64,000 nt of DNA from NCBI GenBank assembly GCA_019429305.1, contig JAHYIR010000004.1, positions 79,781-143,780 on the forward strand. Reading direction: 5' to 3'. The notes below the pieces were generated by a model. The model worked only from the letters and a program-made list of their open reading frames with translations. It ran no database searches and was not told the origin of the DNA. This DNA comes from Candidatus Cloacimonadota bacterium. Its GTDB lineage: Bacteria; Cloacimonadota; Cloacimonadia; Cloacimonadales; JAJBBL01. Shown in pieces: positions 56,736 through 64,000 of the stretch (positions are counted from its first letter, which is position 1; every line of letters begins with the position of its first letter). The translations under genes and the position numbers were made by a program.

Positions 56736-57747
56736 TTATCCTTATCTCCTGAAAGCTAAGCAGTTCATTTTCACTAATCTGAGTATTTTTGAGTATGTTA
56801 TATCCTTCTAATACTATATCACTTCCCAGTAGAACATTTTCCAGATAACAATAAGCGCCGATCTTTGTTCTCTTTTTTATGATACTCTTGCCTTTTATAA
56901 CTGTTCCTATATCTATTTCAACATCTGGCTCAATTATTACATCTTCACCGATAATCACAGATTCGGGATTTTCGATACTAACACCATTATTGAGCCAGTG
57001 GTTCTTTATTCTTCGGTAAAACTCAGTTTCCAGTTCGGCGAGTTCTTTTTGAGAATTTATTCCGGTTATCTCTGATTGTTTGTCGGTAACTAAGCCAATA
57101 ACTTTTTTCTGCCTTCTGTTAAGAACTTCCAAAGTATCTGTCAGGTAGTATTCACTCTGCTTGTTATCATTATTGATCTCTTTTAGAGCTTGAAACAGTA
57201 ATCTGCAATCAAAACAATAAATGCCGGTATTGATTTCATTGATCTTTCTCTCTGTTTCAGTAGCGTCTTTGTACTCTACTATCTTAATTATTTGATCTTC
57301 ACTGTTTCTAACTATGCGACCATAAGCTGCCGGATCGGGTAGTTTGATAGTCAGTACCGTACAAGCGGCGTTATTATCTTGATGAGTTTTTAATAAATTC
57401 ATTAACGTTTCTTTGCTGAGTAAAGGAATATCACCACAGAGAATAAACATATCACCTTCGAAGTCTTGAAACAGCTCAGCTGTAACCATAACTGCATGCC
57501 CGGTTCCCTGTTGTTCGATTTGCTCGATAAAGGAGACCTTATCATTATGAGGGATAGCCGCAATAACTTCATCTTTTTGATAACCGACAACGATACCGAT
57601 GGGATCACAATCTAATTGTAGAGCTCTCTCAGTAACACGTCGTACCATCTCTTTCTCTGCCAGTTTGAAGATGACTTTTGCCCTATCTGATTTCATCCTC
57701 GTTCCTTTACCGGCAGCAAGGATCAGAGCTCCGCATTTTCGTTTCAT
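56728..57747 (-). CDS. GlmU-like sugar-1-phosphate nucleotidyltransferase with short left-handed beta-helix tail
   Basis: LILAAGKGTRMKS, GTGHAV and ILCGDIPLL are present, followed by only a few hexapeptide repeats. At 339 aa it is well short of the ~455 aa of full GlmU. Confidence 0.75.
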   Translation of the reverse strand: MKRKCGALILAAGKGTRMKSDRAKVIFKLAEKEMVRRVTERALQLDCDPIGIVVGYQKDEVIAAIPHNDKVSFIEQIEQQGTGHAVMVTAELFQDFEGDMFILCGDIPLLSKETLMNLLKTHQDNNAACTVLTIKLPDPAAYGRIVRNSEDQIIKIVEYKDATETERKINEINTGIYCFDCRLLFQALKEINNDNKQSEYYLTDTLEVLNRRQKKVIGLVTDKQSEITGINSQKELAELETEFYRRIKNHWLNNGVSIENPESVIIGEDVIIEPDVEIDIGTVIKGKSIIKKRTKIGAYCYLENVLLGSDIVLEGYNILKNTQISENELLSFQEIRIND

Positions 57748-57831
57748 TAACTTCTCCTTACGGTTTTTACATTTTGAACCATAATTTTCACACCCTTTAC
57801 TATTTCAAGCAAAAAATGTTATTGCTCTTTT

Positions 57832-58311
57832 TTATCTATGACTCAATGTAACGTTATCAGTTAAATTTTCCAGAAGTGTTCTTACAGTTTTATGCAAAAC
57901 AGGATGCACCAAATCTGGACACAATTCATGCAAAGGTTGTAGAATAAAAGCTCTTTTGTGAATTTGCGGGTGAGGGATTATCAAGTCAGGTTCCTGAATA
58001 ACCTGATTACCAAAGAAGAGGATATCGATATCGAGTGTTCGGGCACCCCATCTGATCTCTCTCCTTCTTCCAAAATCCTTTTCAATGATATTTATCTCCT
58101 GTAAGATATCACGTGCCGATAATACAGTTTCAATTCTGACAGCACAGTTGATGAAATCGGGTTGTTTTGCCAAACCGTATGGCTCTGTAAGGTACATTCT
58201 GCTTGCTTTTAGATCAAAGATCTTCGGATGTTTTTGCAGTTCTTCTATAGCAGAGATGATTGTTTGAAGACGATCGCCGACATTAGAGCCGAGCGATAAA
58301 TAGACTTCCAT
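57832..58311 (-). CDS. folK: 2-amino-4-hydroxy-6-hydroxymethyldihydropteridine diphosphokinase
   Basis: LSLGSNVGDR, the RWGARTLDIDILFFG motif and PHPQIHKRAFIL are present. Confidence 0.9.
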   Translation of the reverse strand: MEVYLSLGSNVGDRLQTIISAIEELQKHPKIFDLKASRMYLTEPYGLAKQPDFINCAVRIETVLSARDILQEINIIEKDFGRRREIRWGARTLDIDILFFGNQVIQEPDLIIPHPQIHKRAFILQPLHELCPDLVHPVLHKTVRTLLENLTDNVTLSHR

Positions 58312-58667
58312 TATCTTCTCCTGTTCATCTCAATTTCCACAGAACCCAATGAACCGTTAATCGGAACAGAAGGTTTTTTGATTTTTACTTCTGCTGCAAC
58401 AACTTTATCAAAGTTGTTGAAGATCGCATCTAAGATCTCATTAGCACAGTCTTCCAGCAGATGAAACTGCTTCTTCTCCATTGTATGTTTTACTTCATCG
58501 TATATCCTTGTATAGTCAACTGTATCGTGCAAATGATGGATTTGACTATCAGTCTCCGAAGCTGTCTCGATTATCAAATTGACTATAAAGCGCTGCCCTA
58601 AGACTCGCTCTTCATGCTTTACTCCATGATAACCGTAAAATACCATTTCATTTAAATATATTTTCAT
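58311..58667 (-). CDS. folB: dihydroneopterin aldolase
   Basis: It is 118 aa with YGYHGVKHEERVLGQRF and TVDYTRIY. Its stop overlaps the folK start. Confidence 0.85.
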   Translation of the reverse strand: MKIYLNEMVFYGYHGVKHEERVLGQRFIVNLIIETASETDSQIHHLHDTVDYTRIYDEVKHTMEKKQFHLLEDCANEILDAIFNNFDKVVAAEVKIKKPSVPINGSLGSVEIEMNRRR

Positions 58668-58669
58668 CG

Positions 58670-59092
58670 TTAGACCTTCTCTAAAATTTCGACTCTGATC
58701 TTGTCAGCACTTTTTCTGTCGGCATAGATAATAATTATTCCACTAACCAGCAAACCTAAAAATGAGCTCAAGATCGATAGGTTTTCTGATAATCCGAGCA
58801 AATATCGGGCTGTTAGAAAAAAGAGCAGCATCATTATGATGGGGAAGATAAAGATCAGGAAAGAAGATATCATGCGTGATGCTGGACTGATATGCAGTTT
58901 AACGCGATCTCCCACTTTTAACGATAACTTGCTGGGTACTCGGAATTCTGCTTTGTTTTCCCGCCCCATACAGAGCATATTCATACTACATGAACGACAG
59001 GTACCTTTTCTCTCTATCTGAATAAGCACCTCATCATCATAAACCTCTTTGACTATTGCAATTTCATCTTCTAATGCTTCTATCTTTGACAT
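58670..59092 (-). CDS. RseC/MucC family protein
   Basis: An N-terminal OB-like region with a C..CxxC cysteine cluster (GTCRSCSMNMLC) is followed by two C-terminal TM helices. Confidence 0.65.
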   Translation of the reverse strand: MSKIEALEDEIAIVKEVYDDEVLIQIERKGTCRSCSMNMLCMGRENKAEFRVPSKLSLKVGDRVKLHISPASRMISSFLIFIFPIIMMLLFFLTARYLLGLSENLSILSSFLGLLVSGIIIIYADRKSADKIRVEILEKV

Positions 59093-59120
59093 TTACCACC
59101 TTACCTAACAGTTCAACGTC

Positions 59121-59606
59121 CTATATTTTAAGCTTTTTTAATATATTAGTTGTTGAATGTCCCTCATAATAGGGGAGACTCTTCACCTCACCCCCTGAAG
59201 CTAAAACGATTTCTGATCCGACAATATCTTTGACTAACCAGTCACCACCCTTTACTAAAACATTTGGAGAGAGTTTCTTGATCAATTCGTAAGGTGTATC
59301 TTCCTCAAAGATCACTATATAATCAACTACCTCTAAAGCCGCTAAGACAAGGGCACGATCTGTTTCTTTATTGATCGGTCGTTCTTCCCCTTTTATACGA
59401 CGTACTGAAGCATCACTGTTTAAACCAATGATTAGTACATCTCCAAAACTCTTTGCTTGATAAAGATATTTGATATGACCGGCATGTATGATATCAAAAC
59501 AACCATTAGTAAAAACAATTTTTTTATTCCACTTTTGGAGTTTACGAACCATCTCCTCGAGTACATCGACGGTTCTTAATTTTTCTCTAGTTAGCTCCAT
59601 TCCCAT
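59121..59606 (-). CDS. D-glycero-beta-D-manno-heptose-1-phosphate adenylyltransferase-like cytidylyltransferase (RfaE domain II type)
   Basis: FTNGCFDIIHAGHIKYL is the nucleotidyltransferase HxGH motif. The start was chosen at ATG 59606, 6 nt after GAGGTG. The ORF-track start at 59615 is GTG. Confidence 0.8.
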   Translation of the reverse strand: MGMELTREKLRTVDVLEEMVRKLQKWNKKIVFTNGCFDIIHAGHIKYLYQAKSFGDVLIIGLNSDASVRRIKGEERPINKETDRALVLAALEVVDYIVIFEEDTPYELIKKLSPNVLVKGGDWLVKDIVGSEIVLASGGEVKSLPYYEGHSTTNILKKLKI

Positions 59607-59764
59607 AACATACACCTCTACACAAGTTTTTCACCACTTTGTTTTTTGTGAAGTCTTTTTATTTTGATCCGTGAAGGATAAAAGGACAATCAGTCAGTGA
59701 GACTCAGAGAAAAAATAGATGGAGTTTTAGGTGTTAGGGAAAAATCTGCGGAAGCAAAACAAGG

Positions 59765-59810
59765 ATTATCCACTGATACACACAGATGAAAAAAAGATAA
59801 ACAGATATAA
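59765..59810 (+). repeat. repeat module G
   Basis: 'attatccactgatacacacagatgaaaaaaagataaacagatataa'. Confidence 0.55.
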
Positions 59811-59852
59811 AAGAGTGGAACGGTGAAAAGGTGATAAGGTAAAGAAATACAG

Positions 59853-59925
59853 TGTAGGGGCGGTTGACTTCGTCGAGCTTGGAAGCAGCCACGAGGAAGC
59901 ACTTTCCTCGGTTCATGAACCGCCC
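59853..59925 (+). repeat. repeat module D split by a 48-bp module C insertion (59866-59913)
   Basis: The sequence 'tgtaggggcggtt' + C + 'catgaaccgccc' compares with the uninterrupted 'tgtaggggcggttcatgaaccgccc' at 38257-38281. Confidence 0.85.
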
Positions 59926-60332
59926 ATTTTTAGTTTAATTTTAACGGGGGGAAAAGGTTGAGATTTCCTGAAAAAGTGCACTAGAATAGGACTGTTATCC
60001 TGACAAGATCTCTGATGAAAGGAATTATTATGCGTTACAGTAACTCATTCAAATTGGTGGTTGCGAAAGCTTGTTTTCAGGGGTGTTCAGACAGTTGTAT
60101 TATCAACCTTAATGGTTAAAAAAGAATAATGATCATAAGTTATGCTACAAGTTGATCGAAAACCATCCGCTACTATATTTATTGAAAACTGTAAATAATA
60201 GTCAATTTTGAGAGCCTACACGAAATCTAATACAACATAATAATGCGAAAAAAATATTGCCTAATCACTATGAAAATGATCAATGGAACCAAACTATTTT
60301 CAAGGAATTAAGAAACCCTAAGGGAGATTAGA

Positions 60333-61778
60333 ATGATGAAAGATCCAAACAATATTCGAGGACATTGGAAGACCACTATCGGTTTTTTATTAGCAGCAGC
60401 GGGTTCTGCCATAGGTTTAGGTAATATCTGGCGTTTTCCCTATGTAGTTGGAACCAATGGTGGTGCTGCTTTCGTTCTATTGTATCTGTTTGCTGTTGTC
60501 TTGATAGGTTATCCTTTGATGGTGACAGAATTGACGTTGGGAAGAGAGAGCCAGCGTAATCCTGTCGGAACTTTTAAGAAACTTGCCCCTAATACACCTT
60601 GGTGGCTGGTCGGTGCTTTAGGTGTATTAGCCGGATTTGTCATCTTATCATTTTATTCTGTTGTATCCGGTTGGGCTCTCTCTTATTTCTTCAAAGCGCT
60701 TGTCGGGCATATTACAGAAGAAAAGTGCTTTGTCGATATGTTTATTTATCATGTATCACATCCGGTAACACCTATCATCTGGCATGGAGTTTTTATGGGT
60801 TTGACGGTAGCTGTTATTGCTTTAGGTGTTGTCAAAGGGATCGAGCGTTTTGTTAAGATCCTCATGCCTCTCCTCTTAGGTCTCTTATTTATTCTTGTTA
60901 TCAGGTCGGTAACACTTCCCGGTGCGGGTGCCGGACTAATCTTTTATTTGAAGCCCGATTTTTCTGCCATAACGGCTCAAACAATTCTTAGTGCTCTTGG
61001 TCAATCATTCTTCTCACTCAGTCTGGGAATGGGAGCGATATTGACTTATGGCAGTTATCTGAGTCCCAAGCATAAAGTAAACGATAATGCAGTTTGGATA
61101 ATGGGACTTGATACTTTTATTGCCCTAATTGCTGGATTTGCAATACTTCCCGCTGTCTTTGCCCTTGGTTTTGATCCGGCAGCTGGTGGTGGACTGGCTT
61201 TTATTACACTACCCGGCGTTTTTGCTACTATGCCCGGGGGTACTTTTTTTGGTGCTCTGTTCTTTTTGCTTCTTAGTATAGCAGCCCTGACATCTGCCTT
61301 CTCACTCTTGGAAGTTGTTGTCTCTTGGCTGGTTGATGAACATAAATGGAAGAGACCTAAAGCTGCAATAGTTTTAGGAGTCTTGATCTTTGTTCTCGGT
61401 GTACCGGCAAGTTTAAGTTTTGGGGTTTTAGAACACATCAAGATAGGCGATATGATCTTCTTTGACTTCCTCGATTTCTTGCAGGAAAGCTTCATCCTTC
61501 CTTTAGGAGCTTTATTGACAGCAATTTTTGCCGCTTATATCTGGAAAGCTAAAAGGACAAGGGAAGCTGCTAATAGTTCGGTGGGATTGATCAAACTCGG
61601 TAAGATGTTCGATATCCTGATAAAGTTTATCGTTCCACTCGCCATCATCATCGTCATGGTATTCGGGTTAATAGACAAGTTTAGCAAAGAACCAGCTGTT
61701 GAAACATATATGGAAGAAGATTGCATCGAAGAAACAGCAGATTATGGTGAAATGGAAGTTATTATTGACGAGAGATAG
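60333..61778 (+). CDS. sodium-dependent transporter, neurotransmitter:sodium symporter (NSS/SNF) family
   Basis: The NSS signature AAAGSAIGLGNIWRFPY is present with about 11-12 TM helices. Confidence 0.9.
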   Translation: MMKDPNNIRGHWKTTIGFLLAAAGSAIGLGNIWRFPYVVGTNGGAAFVLLYLFAVVLIGYPLMVTELTLGRESQRNPVGTFKKLAPNTPWWLVGALGVLAGFVILSFYSVVSGWALSYFFKALVGHITEEKCFVDMFIYHVSHPVTPIIWHGVFMGLTVAVIALGVVKGIERFVKILMPLLLGLLFILVIRSVTLPGAGAGLIFYLKPDFSAITAQTILSALGQSFFSLSLGMGAILTYGSYLSPKHKVNDNAVWIMGLDTFIALIAGFAILPAVFALGFDPAAGGGLAFITLPGVFATMPGGTFFGALFFLLLSIAALTSAFSLLEVVVSWLVDEHKWKRPKAAIVLGVLIFVLGVPASLSFGVLEHIKIGDMIFFDFLDFLQESFILPLGALLTAIFAAYIWKAKRTREAANSSVGLIKLGKMFDILIKFIVPLAIIIVMVFGLIDKFSKEPAVETYMEEDCIEETADYGEMEVIIDER

Positions 61779-61803
61779 CAAGTCCATTGGAAGGATAACA
61801 AGC

Positions 61804-61850
61804 ATTATCCACGGATGGACACAGATTATAAAAGATTAACACGAATTAAC
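61804..61850 (+). repeat. repeat module G
   Basis: 'attatccacggatggacacagattataaaagattaacacgaattaac'. Confidence 0.55.
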
Positions 61851-61971
61851 TAAAGACCCACCAGCGGAAGGATAGCAAAGATGTAAAAAGGGCAATTTTT
61901 CTAACATAGACTTCAGTCTGTATATTTGTATCCTAACTTTTCATCCAATAGAGTTACATTGTTTTTTTCAA

Positions 61972-62119
61972 ACCCGGAGCGTAGTTATGGGTGTAATAAT
62001 ATAGCCTGCGATTTTAGTCGCTGATAATGGAGCACCGCTCCATTTGGGTGGGTGGTAAAAGATCATTCAAATCCAGACAATAGTGTCTGGCTATCTTATG
62101 CCATACCCCTGCGGGGCGT
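61972..62119 (+). repeat. repeat modules E2, F and E in that order
   Basis: E2 is acccggagcgtagttatgggtg. F is cctgcgattttagtcgctgataatggagcaccgctccatttgggtgggtgg. E is ccagacaatagtgtctggctatcttatgccatacccctgcggggcgt. Confidence 0.75.
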
Positions 62120-62160
62120 GGTGTTTGATGCCTTGCTATGATAAGGTTTCTGCAAAGATT

Positions 62161-62247
62161 ATCCTATGATACATTCTGCCTAAAGCAGAGCAAGAAGCAA
62201 AGGTCAAAGCACTCAGGATGACAAAAAGATAAGACTGAAGTCTATGT
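62161..62247 (-). repeat. repeat modules B and H (both inverted)
   Basis: The reverse complement reads 'acatagacttcagtcttatctttttgtcatcctgagtg...gaatgtatcataggat'. The H-then-B order matches 28702-28740 and 29313-29383. Confidence 0.7.
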
Positions 62248-62321
62248 TACGGAAACAGCCATGAGCTCTGAAATACAAATGATACTTGACATAAATCAAT
62301 TTTATTAAAAGTCTTACCCTC

Positions 62322-62849
62322 ATGAGTATAAAAGAGCAGAGCTATCAGGGAGTTAATTTCTGTCTTCGTTGTGGAAATAAACTGCAGTTTATTCGGGACT
62401 CTGAAGATAAGCTTCGTAAGAAATGTGAACATTGCGGTTGGACTTATTACAAGAATCCGATCCCTGCTGTTGCTTGTGTTGTCTTTAATGAAGCCGGAGA
62501 GATCCTGATCATTAAACGCTTAATTGAGCCGAAAGCGGGTGAATGGGCTTTGCCGAGCGGTTATATTGAAATAGATCAGAGTCCTGAACAAGCTGCTTTA
62601 GATGAGTTGTTAGAAGAGACAGGATTAGAAGGGCGAATTAAGAAGTTTCTCGGTTATTATGACGGAACTTCGCCGTTCTATGAAAAGGTTCTATCTCTCG
62701 GTTTTCTCATGAAGAAGACTGGAGGTAAGTTAGAAGCGGGAGACGATGCCGGTGAAGCCAAATTTGTCTCGCTGGATAAACTGCCTAAACTCGCCTTTTT
62801 GGCCCATGAACAATTTGTCAAGGTAGCTCAAGCAGAAGTATTCAAATAG
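62322..62849 (+). CDS. NUDIX hydrolase with N-terminal zinc ribbon
   Basis: The CxxC...CxxC ribbon is CLRCGNK..CEHCGW. The Nudix box is GEWALPSGYIEIDQSPEQAALDELLEETGL. Confidence 0.85.
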   Translation: MSIKEQSYQGVNFCLRCGNKLQFIRDSEDKLRKKCEHCGWTYYKNPIPAVACVVFNEAGEILIIKRLIEPKAGEWALPSGYIEIDQSPEQAALDELLEETGLEGRIKKFLGYYDGTSPFYEKVLSLGFLMKKTGGKLEAGDDAGEAKFVSLDKLPKLAFLAHEQFVKVAQAEVFK

Positions 62850-62905
62850 ATTACCCCGGTGGGATTCAAAAAATAATAGATAAAGTTAGGGAGTAACAGA
62901 AGAGG

Positions 62906-64000
62906 ATGGAGATGGAAATCAGCAAGTTGTACAACCCACAAGAAGTTGAGAAAAAATGGTATGAATATTGGTTTAAAGAGGGATTTTTTACTCCGAAAAT
63001 TGATAAAGATCGTCAACCATATGCTATATTGATGCCACCCCCGAATGTAACAGGTATTCTGCATATCGGGCATGTTCTAAACAATACTTTGCAAGATATA
63101 GCAGTCAGATATAAAAGAATGACCGGAGTACCGACACTTTGGTTACCGGGCGTAGATCATGCCGGTATAGCAACCCAAAACATGGTGGAGAAGGACCTGA
63201 AGAAACAGGGATTAGACCGTCATATTGTAGGTAGAGAGAGATTGATAGAACTACTCTGGGAATGGAAAAATGAGAAGGGATGCACTATCCTCGAGCAGTT
63301 AAAACAGTTAGGGGCTTCCTGCGATTGGACAAGAGAACGTTTCACAATGGATGAGATGCTCTCCAGAGCTGTTAAAGAGGTCTTTATCCGTCTCTATGAA
63401 AAGGGTTTGATCTATAAAGGTGAGTATATAATCAATTGGTGTCCGCGTTGTATCAGTGCTCTCTCTAACGATGAAGTTGAACATGAAGAGGGTTCCGGCT
63501 TCTTATGGCATATCCGCTATCCTTTCGTTGATGGTGAGGGTTACATAACGGTTGCTACAACCAGACCCGAAACGATGCTGGGTGATGTTGCTGTAGCTAT
63601 TAATCCTGCTGATGACAGATACAAGGATCTGGTTGGGAAAAAGCTTCTGCTCCCCTTTGTAAATCGGGAAATACCAATTATTACCGATGAATATGTCGAA
63701 AAGGATTTTGGTAGCGGTTTTGTTAAGATCACCCCTGCTCATGATCCTAATGATTTCGAGATCGGAAGACGTCATGATCTACCCTTAGTTGTGGTAATGG
63801 ACGAACAGGGTCAGATGAATGAAAACGCCGGCACTGAATTTGCCGGAATGGATAGATTTGCCTGTCGTGACAAGCTCGTGAAACTTCTACAGGAAAAGGA
63901 TCTCTTAGAGAAGATCGAACCGCATGAACTCGCTATCGGTAAATGCTACCGTTGTGATTCGATTATCGAACCTTATGTTTCCGAGCAATGGTTCGTTAAG
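62906..64000 (+). CDS. valS: valine--tRNA ligase, 3' end outside window (absent from ORF track because there is no stop)
   Basis: The frame is open from ATG 62906 to base 64000 (365 codons). The translation MEMEISKLYNPQEVEKKWYEYW...PPPNVTGILHIGHVLNNTLQD...INWCPRCISALSNDEV...TTRPETMLGD...EQWFVK is a ValRS N-terminus with its HIGH motif. Confidence 0.95.
   Translation, partial: MEMEISKLYNPQEVEKKWYEYWFKEGFFTPKIDKDRQPYAILMPPPNVTGILHIGHVLNNTLQDIAVRYKRMTGVPTLWLPGVDHAGIATQNMVEKDLKKQGLDRHIVGRERLIELLWEWKNEKGCTILEQLKQLGASCDWTRERFTMDEMLSRAVKEVFIRLYEKGLIYKGEYIINWCPRCISALSNDEVEHEEGSGFLWHIRYPFVDGEGYITVATTRPETMLGDVAVAINPADDRYKDLVGKKLLLPFVNREIPIITDEYVEKDFGSGFVKITPAHDPNDFEIGRRHDLPLVVVMDEQGQMNENAGTEFAGMDRFACRDKLVKLLQEKDLLEKIEPHELAIGKCYRCDSIIEPYVSEQWFVK

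Noticed and set aside
59853-59930. Module D at 59853-59925 acting as a transcription terminator, like its intact copy at 38257.
   Set aside because: No plus-strand gene ends upstream of it, since the flanking genes diverge. The palindrome is also interrupted by the C insert. It is treated only as a repeat here.

Overview
This is a 64-kb chromosomal window from an AT-rich bacterium. The gene content (a complete MoxR/DUF58/BatA-E aerotolerance operon, many lipoproteins, GLUG-repeat and FGE-sulfatase surface proteins) suggests an FCB-group or Cloacimonadota-like anaerobe, but taxonomy cannot be settled from the sequence alone. I can support about 55 protein genes, mostly housekeeping. They include a tilS-hpt-ftsH-hslV-hslU operon, nadB, tmk, ctp, argS, rsfS, folBK and valS (open to the right window edge), plus a GcvT-family gene open to the left edge and one tRNA-Ser(GGA). 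I found no rRNA, CRISPR array, transposase, integrase, reverse transcriptase or recognisable defence system. Three things stand out. (1) Almost every long intergenic spacer (14.7-15.4, 28.6-29.5, 30.9-31.4, 33.7-34.4, 35.2-35.4, 38.2-38.6, 39.8-40.1, 42.2-42.6, 59.6-60.3 and 61.8-62.3 kb) is filled with a mosaic of short hairpin-forming repeat modules. I label these ad hoc as A, A', B, C, D, E, E2, F, G, H and I. Module C sits nested inside the hairpin loops of B and D. B copies keep conserved flanks while the inner stem sequence changes but stays complementary. A 2.5-kb two-gene cassette (S41 peptidase + ADP-ribosylglycohydrolase) is bracketed by ~150-170 bp inverted copies of a B+A composite. 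(2) A three-gene trehalose operon comprises a GT20 synthase fused to a phosphatase-like domain with the nucleophile Asp replaced by Asn, a GH65 phosphorylase, and a beta-phosphoglucomutase-like HAD fused to an intact trehalose-phosphatase domain. (3) The ArgRS carries a 162-aa lysine-rich C-terminal tail. All identities quoted are by-eye alignments. Nothing was searched against a database.
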